NCBI GenBank assembly: GCA_965644295.1
Contig: CBFFRP010000239.1
Location: forward strand, 123,432-187,431
Origin: Paraphysomonas bandaiensis
Taxonomy: Eukaryota > Protista > Chrysophyceae
DNA length: 64,000 nt
Direction: 5' to 3'
Part shown: piece after piece, positions 24,227 to 35,690 of the stretch
Position numbering within the stretch: the first letter of the stretch is position 1
How the letters are laid out: each line of letters opens with the position of its first letter
Program-made: the position numbers and the translations under genes
The notes under the pieces: model-generated
The model's database searches: none
What the model saw: only the letters and a program-made list of their open reading frames with translations
What the model was told of the DNA's origin: nothing

Positions 24227-27056
24227 TTACTCTGTGACTTTTTCTTCATTTTTTTTAATATGGTCCTGCTGGCCGAGCCCAATCATAACGTAGTCGTACG
24301 CAGTCTGCAACTTGTCTTTCTTGTCGCCGTGCACCTCTGTTGACAATAAGTAGAACAAACCGCAGGCGAAAACAACACCTAGAACCACCCCAACACCAGG
24401 ATGGTAGGCACCATAGCCCGCAGGTAGTAGCCCCATGACAACTGCTGCAACTGCAGCCAGAACTGCATACGGAATCTGAGTTTTGACGTGATCCAACAAG
24501 GTACACCTATGAAGCAAACACAAATAAACGACATATCCATAACGGTGTAATTATCGACTCACTTGCATGCAACAGCGGCCAACACGGTGGTGTCACTGAT
24601 TGGAGAGCAGTGGTCCCCAAATACGGCCCCTTGAAAACCATCAGCTATGCAATACACATCGTATCTAGGTAAGTATAGTCACCTGACAAGATCGAGGCGA
24701 TTGTACCATAGAAGACGGCTTTATTACAAGGGTCCGCATAGTGCGCAGTGGGTACAATGAGTGGGAACCTAGGTACGCATTAGAACAAGGTGTACCCTAG
24801 AGATATGATACATACATGATGCTCATGGTGCCCCAAGAGGAGCCTGTAACCATTGCCAGAACGGCTGATATTAGAAATGTCAAGGCCTACATATATATGT
24901 ACACTTTATCAGATAATATAACAAATAAATATCTGCCTTACCGGATAGGCTCCAGCATCAAGATTGTCAGCTAGTGCGGAGCTGATATATATTCCGGTGC
25001 CGCCTGAGGAAAACATTTCATTTTTACAATCTGCCGATATGTTTTGGCATACATTTGGTAAATGCATCTCCAACAGTCCAAGCGAGGAGCAGAACCATCA
25101 AAGCCTCAACCAAATTCTGAAGGCCGATGATAAACACCTCCAGAGACTCACCCGGACTCATCAAAGGGGGAGAATTCCACCCCTCAGGGGTGAACACAAC
25201 TGTCAGTTCTCCATCTGGAGTCACACGCTCAACCCAGCACATAATCCATATAGTCATGGTTCCACCCACAGAGCCATAAAGCAAAGCAACAAAAGAGTCA
25301 CTATAGCCGAAAATGTTTTGTACACTGAACTCCTCGTTGTTCCTCTTACAACCTTCTACTCCCGTGCATATCAGCGACACAAGAACTGTTTCGCACCAGC
25401 AGTGCATTAGAGCTTGTATGTATACTGCCTCACCAATAGCGTGTCACTTACCGAGAACAATGGTCATAACAATGGGAACAACAGCGTTGTACCATCTCTT
25501 TGGGGTATTTTTCTGCAGATACATTATCACAATTTCATCTGACGAGACGATACGTACTCGTGGCTCTAGCTGTGCTGCAAGGGCGTCCATATGTTCATGG
25601 TTGTCGTCAGGTATAGAGGCATGCTTTTCAATATTAACCTCTGGTTCTTTTACATTCTTCTCCCCAGTTCCTGATAAATCTGCTGATCTGACTTCCATAC
25701 ATTCGATTTCTTGTCCTCCTTCAGGAGATCCCTTTTCTTCATCACTATCGACATCGCCGCCCCTTCCAGTGGATTGCTGGGGTTGGTTACAGGAGTGCGA
25801 TGTAGTCGAGTCCACTGATTCGGTGCTAGAACATGTAGCCCTCGAACGTGCCTGCATGCAAAAACCAATTCATCCTGCAAGCAAAAATACATGGACGTTT
25901 AGAAAGCAGCACCTGTCGCTCTACTTCAACCATGGGGCCAAATTCTCTCCCAACAACTATCACAAAGAACTGCATACTGAGCATGATGAGCCCGTAGTAC
26001 ATGCTGGGAATTGAATTGATGAAGATAATAAAGGAGGACGAATCATAGCACGACAAATCCTCTCCTGCAGCCGTCATATCCGCCAGAACCTCATCGATGA
26101 GGCTCAGTTCGAAACCGATCCAACTGGAAATAGGAGAGATGGAAGCCACAGGCGCAGACTAATCGAAAAATACATATATACAAATTAGCTCAATCGTTGG
26201 ATCATACATGTTAACGTACAGTTGCATCCACCAAGAATGAAAGTTTCTCTCTAGAAATTCCCAATAAGTCAGTTATAGGTCTTACGGTTTGTCCAACAAT
26301 AAGGGTGTTCGCATAATCATCAAAGAATATCATTAAGCCGAGCGAAAAAGTCATCAAGGCCCCAGCACGAGCGGTAGTTGCATACTTTGACAATGAGTTA
26401 ACGAGCCCCGCACCACCTCCTGATTTCAATATACAGGTGATCATACCACTCAAAATCCAAGTGAAGAGAATAATGAATATATGCCCTGTATCTGAAAACG
26501 ACGACACAAGGAGATCTGAGAATGTGTTTATGAATGCGTAGAAGGGATTGTAATTCCATATTATCAATGCTGCAAAGTAGGTACCAACAAAGAGGCTAAG
26601 AAGAACATTTCTAGTTGTAGCTGCGACGACGATGGTCATAAGCGGTGGAAGAAGTGTTACAGGACCCTGTACGACTTTAACCAAGAAAGAGCTCTTTGAT
26701 GTGGTCTCTTTAGACGAGAATGTGTTATCAAACGACGCCTCTAGATGGTACCGATTCTTTCCCACGTGGCTATCAGTGATGCTCCCCTCGAAAGAAGTCA
26801 CTAAGGCACCATCAGATGCTGCACTGAAGCTTCCAGATTCCACATGCGATCCGTCTTTCCTCATAACTCTCCAGTACACAACTTCTGAACCATTGTAAGA
26901 GGCTGCTTCCCACGAAACGTCAACATCGAATGAGAACTCCTCGTCCTTAACGGCCACCGGATCACTTGCTTTGGCATTACCGAGATGAGGTTGAGACTGG
27001 ACAGAAGACGCGATGAGTATAAGAAAGCATGAAGCGATACGATGCACTTTAGTCAT
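24227..27056 (-). CDS. NhaC-family Na+/H+ antiporter with signal peptide and N-terminal extracellular domain (multi-exon)
   Basis: IFFDDYAN, REKLSFLVDAT, SPISSWIG, TGSSWGTM, GDHCSPISDTT and DHVKTQIPYA. Confidence 0.92.
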
Positions 27057-27630
27057 GATGATCTGAAGATGATTCTGATTTCACAGCCGAGTATTGTGAC
27101 GTGAGTGCAGCATCTAGATATGGACTGCTCGAGTCCAGGAACAGACAGACATACACAGCAGTACACAGTGCGTGTATCCCCGTATAGATAGTACGGTAGT
27201 ATGATATAGCTGGAATGACGTAGCCGGTTAGAGGAGGGAAGAATTCTTTCTTACAGTACTTGTATACCGTATACTACAGCTGTATAAGACGACCAACAGA
27301 ATACGTACGGTATTGTACCGGTTATAAAACCGTTGTGGGGATGTGTGATCGAGTGTGCAGTTTGGTATGGAGGCACAGGCATGTACACAGCAGCTAGCAG
27401 CAGCAGTTGCAGTAGCAGTACCTCCACGATTTCACACTATATGAGGACGATATCGTGCTCAATATCGTTTCAGTAGGCCAGAGGCGACATCATCAATATC
27501 ATAATTGTTTGCAAAGTGGTCTTGTGGTTTGCGGAGTTATATAGCTGCTATTAGTGTAATGGTTTTTGCAACCACCTCTGCGTGTTAATCTGTTGGAATT
27601 TAGAGATTTGGACGGAAAGAAAAGTAAAAA

Positions 27631-29061
27631 ATGTCAAGAACTATTCACTACACCGCTGCGGGATACAGGCCACAATTGATCGACATTGCACCTGATGCTG
27701 AGGACCCGGAATCTAAGCGATACCATATTATCGAAGAAGAGGCACGTGGTACTCTGTGTGTTGGTACTCGTATTGTAATTCTTCCGATAACAGGACAGGA
27801 ATCTCGTTAAGAATCTCACTGTACTGGAAGAAGGAACAAAAGCACGCAATCGTGAGATATTAAGAAGGCTGGTATGTAAGAATGCTGTAGCTTCTGAGCG
27901 CTATTTAATCTTGAACATAAGAATGAAGTGTGGAGCCAAACTGCTGGATGGGAAGCAAAAATGGTGACAGAAGTAAAAGAAGCAGAGGAAAGCATAGAAC
28001 AAATTAAGGTCTGATGCCTCCTTGTAACTGAATGAGGAATAATTAAAATATTCTTGTCTTTCTATAGCGAGATTATGCTGCTCACATGAAAGAGTTCGAG
28101 GAGTCTTTCCTTAAGGAAGTCCGTAGCACCTTTCATCATATCGACGAGAACCTGATTCCTCCACAAGTGGACCGCGTAAAGGAACAAGAAAAGGATGTCG
28201 ATTATTTTGTCAAAACTACGGTACCAGATAGTATAGAGCGACAGAGCGGAGAGGTGAGCCGCCAGCTAAAGAAGCAATACGAAACTTTCGACATAGAGAA
28301 ACAGAAGGGAAAGAAAAAGTGTGCTTCCATTTATTACTAAAGGACTATATAAGTGTTTTATGTGTAGGGAACGCAAGTTCATTACCAAAGCGAATGAGCA
28401 TATTCAGACGACAGCACAAAAGTTCACAGATGAAGATGCCTTGTTAGCAGCCTGCTTTTTCAACTTGGAGGAGGACGTCATCGAGCATGAAAGGCGGTCG
28501 TCACGTATGCATCTCAGACGGTAGGTTCGTGCTATTCAATGAATTATAAACGACTTAATTCGTAATTTTATATATTCGCGTATACCTTATTACTTCTTGC
28601 CCCTTCGTTTAAGTGTATTCCTAATAGGTATGATAATGCCGTAAAGGACGTTATGCAACTAGACAAACGTATTACTGAGGTAGTGGCCAAGCGCAAGGAA
28701 GAGGATGTGGATATTCTAGATACACTTATAGAGACTCAGGGTCTGCTTCAGAAGACGGTAGTGGTTTTACCTTTTGTAGTGCTCATGTTTTTAGCTGAAA
28801 TATTTCTCTGACGTTGACAGATCCTGGAGCACTTCGGGTCAGAAGAACAGGCCAAGCCATTTGGAGAAAAGCCTAACTTCAAAAAGTTGGAATCCCGCCT
28901 TTCCCGTGCTAGTAGTCGCGCCAATACCGCGGCATCTACGACGACATCTGGTATTTTTAGATCCTCGAAGTCGCATTCTTCATGGCTGACGTAATACTAC
29001 AGGTAGCCGAGGAGGGTCCAGGGGCCGAGGTCCAGGATCGTCGTCATCCAGGCGGAAATAA
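27631..29061 (+). CDS. SF-assemblin/beta-giardin-like coiled-coil protein (multi-exon)
   Basis: Exons join into a long coiled coil whose C-terminal part is KRKEEDVDILDTLIETQGLLQKTIL. The start codon is inferred. Confidence 0.6.
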
Positions 29062-29575
29062 GATATTAATACTTCTTCCGCTTGTGTGATAGGAGTTATT
29101 ACTGTTTTGATACCACTGCTATGATGGCTCTGATATTGCAGTTTTACTTGCGTGTAGTCCAGAGATGTGTACATAGATGACGAGTAGTTGCCAGGTGCTA
29201 GTATCCTGCTGTCGCCCCACTTGTCGAATAGAAGTAATTTATTTCCACATATTACGCACTTTATGACATTGATCACACTGACAATTTGACTTCTTTCTAC
29301 TGTAGTCTATACGACGAAAATTTGTCGATCCTGATAGTTTCAATTTCCAATGAACTACATAGTACTTAGAAGCTTAGAATGTTTTCGCGACTACCAACAT
29401 GACGTAATGTACTGAAAAAGCAACGTTCATATGATGATATTAAAGACATGATTCTTGAATACGTTTTAATTTAATATTCGGTTTGCTCTTATGCATGCCT
29501 GCATGAGGTAAGATCTAAGCAGGGGTGCAACCATTACCACTAGTTTCGGATACTGACTATGTACATGACTTTCTT

Positions 29576-29661
29576 CCCTCAACCAAGTCGGACTCGCATC
29601 TTTTCGTGGTGTTGTGGGGGATAAGTACCAGAGATATTTCTCCGGTAAACTAACGTGAGCC
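29576..29661 (+). ncRNA. Putative HDV-like self-cleaving ribozyme (best-preserved copy)
   Basis: P1 CCCTCAAC/GTTGTGGG; P2 GGACTCGC/GTGAGCC; P3 ATC/GGT with 7-nt L3 TTTTCGT; P4 hairpin; J4/2 CTAAC with candidate catalytic C at 29650. Confidence 0.6.
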
Positions 29662-30214
29662 GCAAACATAGTCAGCAGATTACGTTCTTTCCACTCATTG
29701 CCGAATGCTCGTATGGTACAAGGAACACAAATAAGTGTCACTTGTTTAGACGTCTTTGGGCCTTGACGAAAAAACAGGCATTCGGAAATGGACCTACCTC
29801 AACGTTATCCGGGACAGGGCCCACCTCAAGGATAACCGGGGTATTGGGCTGCCTGCTGAAGTCAAGCATCCGGGACAGGGCCCACCTCATGGGTAACCGG
29901 AGATGAAGTCAAGCATCCATGATGTTCACCTTAAGGACTCAAAAAAACTGAAGTCAGCAGATGTCAGGTATGTATCAACACACTGCTTGCTCACGGGGTT
30001 TGCTTTGAGTGATAGAGCGTAAGTGGTTGCACCTTGGTGCTTGCGGCGACACACAAGCAGCTTCCGTAGCGTTAAGTAGTAGGATAATAGAGTTTGTACT
30101 AGTTAGTTACAGGTAGATGTCTATATAGCTTGACTAGTTTTCATCTAGCTACTAAGCTGGTGCTGATTCTTAACGCTAATAATAAGACTTTCAATTTCAA
30201 TAAGACTTGCAATA
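29576..30214 (+). mobile_element. Retroposon family B, full-length copy with 14-bp TSD
   Basis: TACATGACTTTCTT at 29562-29575 and 30215-30228. Begins CCCTCAAC. Confidence 0.9.
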
Positions 30215-30226
30215 TACATGACTTTC

Positions 30227-31135
30227 TTAATTCATGCAGACCATCACAGAGCAGTTGACATTGTTGATAATAAAGGATGTGACGTCAGTGAGGGTTTGAG
30301 TCACACGTGCCCGTGGCCCAAGGGCAAGAAAGTCTGGAGAACTTTCATTAACGTAATCAGTGATAGCCTGCTTGATATTAACCCCTCTTGGCTGTTGCAC
30401 TAAATGAAACGCGCTTTCAGGTGGGGCGTACTGATCAAGCATATTTTGATAGTGACCTTTCAACAACTCAATACGTTCTCCATCATCGTCTGCATTGAAC
30501 ATGTAGAAGCAGTCCAGTCGGTCTCGTGGGCGAACTAAAGATAAAAGAATGTCCAGTCCTCTGTCTGAATATAGTGTGCCGTCTACCGCCATTGTCCATT
30601 TAATACAACTGTATCTATTTGGGCAAGGTTGTTTAACTATTATATTAGGAAGAAGTATACGCCGCAGGGCCCAGTCACAGTTTGATGAGAGTGGGGCGTA
30701 AAACCCTTTCCCTTTGCGGCCCATGTGTCCCATAACTAGGAAATGAGCAGGGTTTCCACTAGATTTCCAGGATAATATTGCCTCCTGTAGAGTGTCACTG
30801 AATCTTGATCCTCCACGTTTTGCCCATTTAACCTCAGAAAAGTAAGGCGACATATGCTGGGCTAGTTCTTTCTCGTATTTATCTTTCAAGACACTTGCTT
30901 TGAATTGATCTGGAACGCCATCCTGGTCATCGCGATAGGCGTGAAAGACAGAGATGTAGTCGTACTTCTTTCTGAGATGTATACACATCATGAACGCTTG
31001 ATGTGAACTCTCAGACCCATCGATACAACACACGATATGCCTTCCTCCGTTCATGGCGATATCCACCGCCTTGTTCTTGCACATCTCCGAGAACTCCACT
31101 CTGATTTCATCTGCACTGCGCGCAGTATGCTCCAT
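30227..31135 (-). CDS. Tandem universal stress protein (USP) domain protein
   Basis: IVCCIDGSESS, LVMGHMGRKG, MAVDGT, DFLALGPR and NVNCSVMV. Confidence 0.85.
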   Translation of the reverse strand: MEHTARSADEIRVEFSEMCKNKAVDIAMNGGRHIVCCIDGSESSHQAFMMCIHLRKKYDYISVFHAYRDDQDGVPDQFKASVLKDKYEKELAQHMSPYFSEVKWAKRGGSRFSDTLQEAILSWKSSGNPAHFLVMGHMGRKGKGFYAPLSSNCDWALRRILLPNIIVKQPCPNRYSCIKWTMAVDGTLYSDRGLDILLSLVRPRDRLDCFYMFNADDDGERIELLKGHYQNMLDQYAPPESAFHLVQQPRGVNIKQAITDYVNESSPDFLALGPRARVTQTLTDVTSFIINNVNCSVMVCMN

Positions 31136-31466
31136 CAGTATGTTGAATAAGTGCTACAAAGGGCAGTTCTTACTATTAGAATAGACTAGACAGTAACCTT
31201 CACTGTTACTGTTGTGACGTGTACAGTGTGTGAACATCATCCACAACCCAACCAGCACCCGATCTGCTCTGCTTGAGTTGAAGTATATAACGTAAACTCA
31301 ATATTGATCATACACACCTATTATTATCCTATCATATACCTTCAGCGAGGTTTGGTTGGAGGACAATCCCACTGAACTTCAACAGGTGTGATTAAAAATT
31401 TAAAAAAAAGAATACAGAATACATAACGGTATTTAGTAGTCTATTTAATCAGGGACAAAAAAAGTT

Positions 31467-31548
31467 CGACAGCTGCAGGGTTCGAACCTGCGCGGGAATT
31501 TCCCAATGGATTTCAAGTCCATCTCCTTAACCACTCGGACAAACTGTC
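31467..31548 (-). tRNA. tRNA-Ser(TGA)
   Basis: GACAGTT/AGCTGTC acceptor stem, anticodon arm ATGGA-CTTGAAA-TCCAT, long variable arm and GGTTCGAACCC T-arm. A T7 Pol III terminator follows at 31457-31463. Confidence 0.96.
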
Positions 31549-31842
31549 ACCACTTGATGATGAAACACCATTTGTTTGGATAATATAAATAGCTATTCTA
31601 ACCTTAGCCTCTAACCGTATTGAAAGGAATGGTACTCTGTGGATGTACTCACACTGTACGGATGTACTTATGGGTTCATAGCACTCCTCCACACTCCTCC
31701 CTCCCCGCTCATTAACACAAAGACAAGCAAGCTCCTTGCTCTGTTTCTCTCTGTGTTACCTTAAAGTGGATCCACGTGCATTTCATTGCATCAGAGTTGA
31801 TGATATCTTACTGATAGAGTAACTGCAGTGTGTTCGAACGGA

Positions 31843-33026
31843 ATGAATTTAGAGCTGAGCAACAAGCTGAACACTGCGCAAGATGACTATGTATTGTCGC
31901 TCGATGTCAATTGTGAGGAGAACAGATTCGCTTTTTCGACCTCCTCACACTCTATTTTTGTCGGAGATGTGCATACGTTGTCTCTAGTAACTCCTGATGC
32001 AGCTGCAGCCCACAGCGACACTGTCGATTGTGTGCAGTTCTTTAAGTCGTCCCCTCAGCAGTTGTTTTCAGCTTCAGCTGATAAATCTGTGTGCTTTTGG
32101 GACCTAAGAGATATTAGATCACCCACAATGCAGCTTCGAGTTGACGATGAGGTTAACTGTGCAGCTATAGGACTGAATGACTCTCTATTTGCGTTGGGAG
32201 TTGGAAATGATATATGCTTCTATGATATCCGCTCTCAAGGAAACCGACTGGGTGTGTATTCTGACTGCCACACTGATATTGTTACACGACTAGAGTTCAA
32301 TCCATCTCGGCCTGCTGTCCTTCTCTCTGGGGGTGAAGATGGGCTTGTTTGTACATATGATACTGCAGTCCCTGCCCAGGTATGTGTTATCGTGGTATCC
32401 ATTGAAGATGTTGTCATACCATCATTTCTAATATAATGCACGTACAGGAAGATGCTGTGCTCTCTATTCTCAACACAGATTGCGCTGTACGTGAGGCTGG
32501 ATTTTTCGGCAACGAAAGTGAAGGTGTATACTGCTTATCCACCATAGAGACTGCGTCTTTCTGGCATTACCCTTCGGCTCAGAGACTTGGTCATTTCCCT
32601 TCTATTAGAAACGGGTTGGGGGCAGATTATCTCGTCACATGCTGGGGGGTGGATAGTGGTAACGGCGATCTACTCATGCTTTCTGGGACCCACACGGGCG
32701 AAGGAAAGATATCGAATGTAAACCCTTCCTCGGTGACACCTCAAGGTATTCTTACCGCTACAGGTGGGCGTGAAGGACATGTAGACACTATCCGGTGTGC
32801 TAGACCATTCGGTGGAAGGTGGACGATGAACAAAGCGGGGAGCATGTCGAGGCAATGCCTCTTCACTGGTGGAGAAGATGGGGCGGTGTGCTTGTGGACT
32901 GACACCTCCTCACAGTGTAGCACTGAAAGTATAGAACCCAACATAAATATCCGAGGTAGTGGAAGAACGACAGAGGCAAATAAACGACAAGGATTTTCTA
33001 GAAGTATGAGATACAAACCATACTGA
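31843..33026 (+). CDS. WDR89: WD40-repeat protein (WDR89-like), 2 exons
   Basis: FWDLR, YSDCHTDIVT, LLSGGEDGLV, GHVDTIR, TGGEDGAVCLW and C-terminal RYKPY. Intron at 32380-32447. Confidence 0.82.
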
Positions 33027-33998
33027 ATTGTAGGTGTAGTGATAGATTGAGCGGAGATACCTGTTCTGACTTAATAAACGATACCATTAGCAGATCGCTG
33101 AAATATTTTTCGAAGGGCTAGTGAAAAAAACACAAGCCTAATTATAAAATATTATACGTTCGAAAGATACACTGTAAAAAATGTCATGTTGTACATTATG
33201 TCCCTTATTGAAATAGGATTTTAAATCGCGAAATGTGCTACATACTTACATTTCTAACGAAATACTTGTGCGAGCATATATGAAATGATATGTGCGTTAT
33301 TGAATGTATGAATAATTTATTTTATACTTTCATATATATACATATGTCTTCTGAATCAATTCCTCGAAATTTGAGTGTGCATGGAAAGTAATAGAAATAC
33401 GCACACTTTTAAAAAGTAATATGCGAGAGATTGATGGAAAACGTGCTGTGGAATGCAACTAGCACTTGTGAAATAGAGACTGTTCATGTGACACTTTATC
33501 GGCAGTTCATGCAACAGTTCATATAACAGTTGGTTGAATTGTTGAAATTAACTGAACCTATTCATTATTTAAGACACTTCTCTTGTCTCTTGTTGACTTT
33601 CTCGTGAGCTATAGCTAATAATTGCAATTTAATTGCAAAAAAACATTAGCAATTAAATTGCAATTAATTATTACGCAGCCCTGTTCTCAACGGATTGAAC
33701 TGAACGGGTTAGGGTTAGAACAGGTAGAGGTAGATTCTGTCGCTTGCAAAATTCCTTTGACATGTTTCTTGTCTCTTTCGCAATATTTGTCCAGGAGCCT
33801 CCCGTTTTAGAGATGGGAGTATACTTCCTGGAGTTGTGACGACACTTTTAAGAGTTGTACGACGTTTGTCCGTATCAAAAGCATGTGAAGTATGCAAGGC
33901 GGAGGGTTAGGTAGGGGTTTGTGTGTGATTGTGTAGTGCCGACCACGAGTTTTTAGCATTTGCACTCCGTTGCGATGAAGTGGTTGTTTTAAAATGTC

Positions 33999-34378
33999 TA
34001 GTAGTGAATGCCTGAGTAATAGCAATAGGCGTGTAAGAGTCAGAACTATTTAACTAGTGCTTGACTCTGATATTCTACTATTTAGCGCTACGAAAGCGGC
34101 TTGCGTGTCACCGCAAGCACTAAGGTGCAACCACTTTCGGTCACTGTCCTTGACTTCAGTAGGCAGCCCAATACCCCGGTGCCCTTGATATGGGCTCATT
34201 CCCGGATGCCTGTTTATTCGTCAAAAGACCCAAAGACAACTACGCAAAAGCGACATTAATTTTAGTGTCCCTTGTACCACACAAGCATTCGGCTATGAGT
34301 AGGAATAACGTTTTCTGCTGACTACATATTATGCGGCACTCATCCCCCAGAACACCACGTAAAGGTGCTAGTTGAGGG
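33999..34378 (-). mobile_element. Retroposon family B, internally deleted copy
   Basis: Starts CCCTCAAC and has ACC-TTTACGT-GGT. Tail GCTATTACTCAGGCATTCACTAC. Flanked by TTAAAATGTC (33989-33998 and 34380-34389). Confidence 0.8.
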
Positions 34379-34429
34379 CTTAAAATGTCATTACTATTTC
34401 AGCTATATACTTACGGTAGATATCTGTAG

Positions 34430-35690
34430 TCTAGTATTATTAAATGTTTTCTTATTTTTAGCCGTATACTTGTAAGCTAAAGATACTAAATTCAATAAAT
34501 CCAAAAATTACTAATGCCATTGTTCCACTGTTTGGCGCTACGAAAGCTGTTTTTGCATCGCTGTAAGCATCTAAGTGCAACCGCTTTTGCTTTCGAGGGC
34601 GAGATAAAACATTTATTTGGCTGACATACATACTTTCTTCCTATACTCAACTAGTTGCTATTGTAAAACTAAAACTATGTTCCGATGTACCACTGCAGCT
34701 TCTCTGTAAATTCTTGTATATGATGCTTCGAGTACATGGTTACACATTTCGGATGTTACACTTAATCAGGAGGTCGACTTCTATTGCGCACAAGCTTGCA
34801 CTTCTTAATTATCAGCAGACGTTATTATTAAAGAGACGCAAGTTTGTACGTTGTTACAGCTAACGTAACAACTCCGGCAACACTAAGCATAAAAAGACTC
34901 CAATCTACTTGCTACTACTGCAAGCACCGACAAGTGCTAAACTATATACAACACGATTTAGTTAGCTACAACAACGTGGGCATACGACTAGTTGTATAAA
35001 GCCGGGCTATGAACTCCTGCCCAGTCTACCTGTTTCAGCGCAAACCAAATTTGGTCCATGTCTTCGGCACGTGACTGCTGTATAGTACACACAGAAAGGA
35101 AAGAGGAACGCCATAAAAGTCATACAAATGAACCTCACACTCATGGGGTGTACAATGTCAAAGTCTTGATATTAGCTCAATAACCTGGGTCAGGAGAAAC
35201 CAAGACTAAGTAGTACATGTGTTGTGGGAAAACATTGCCATTGCCGAGCAGCTATGATGAAAGTTTGACGGTTTTCCTCGGTCATTGGTCACACATATGC
35301 TCAATATTGTGAACTAATAGTAGGCATCAATTACTCAAAGCGAACACAGTGAGAAAATTAAATATTAATATATAATATATACCGGATATCTGCGGACTTT
35401 AAAGGATTTTATTCTTTGGGTGAACTCACATCTCGGATGCTTGACTTCAGTATAGGCAGACACACAAACCCTTCAGATGGGACCATTCCTGGATACCTGT
35501 TTATTCATCAAAGCCCTAAACGACGTCGACTTATGTGACACTTATTTGTGTCCCTTGTACCACACAAGCATTTGGCTATGAGTGGGAAGAACATTTTCTA
35601 ATCTCTCTATATTATGCTGTTAGAGAAAATCTGTTTGGTGTGTGTCCCCCACAACGCCCCGAAAAGGTGTGAGTCTAGCTTTGCTGAGGG
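34430..35690 (-). mobile_element. Retroposon family B, old copy split into a 5' part (35411-35690) and a 3' part (~34430-34600)
   Basis: The 5' part starts CCCTCAGC...CTCAC-ACC-TTTTCGG-GGC. The 3' part matches the shared module and B-type tail. About 0.8 kb of unrelated DNA lies between. Confidence 0.6.

Noticed and set aside
33620-33682. hAT-like terminus CAGGGCTG (also CAGGGGCTG near 43293)
   Set aside because: I could not find a matching opposite TIR or TSD.
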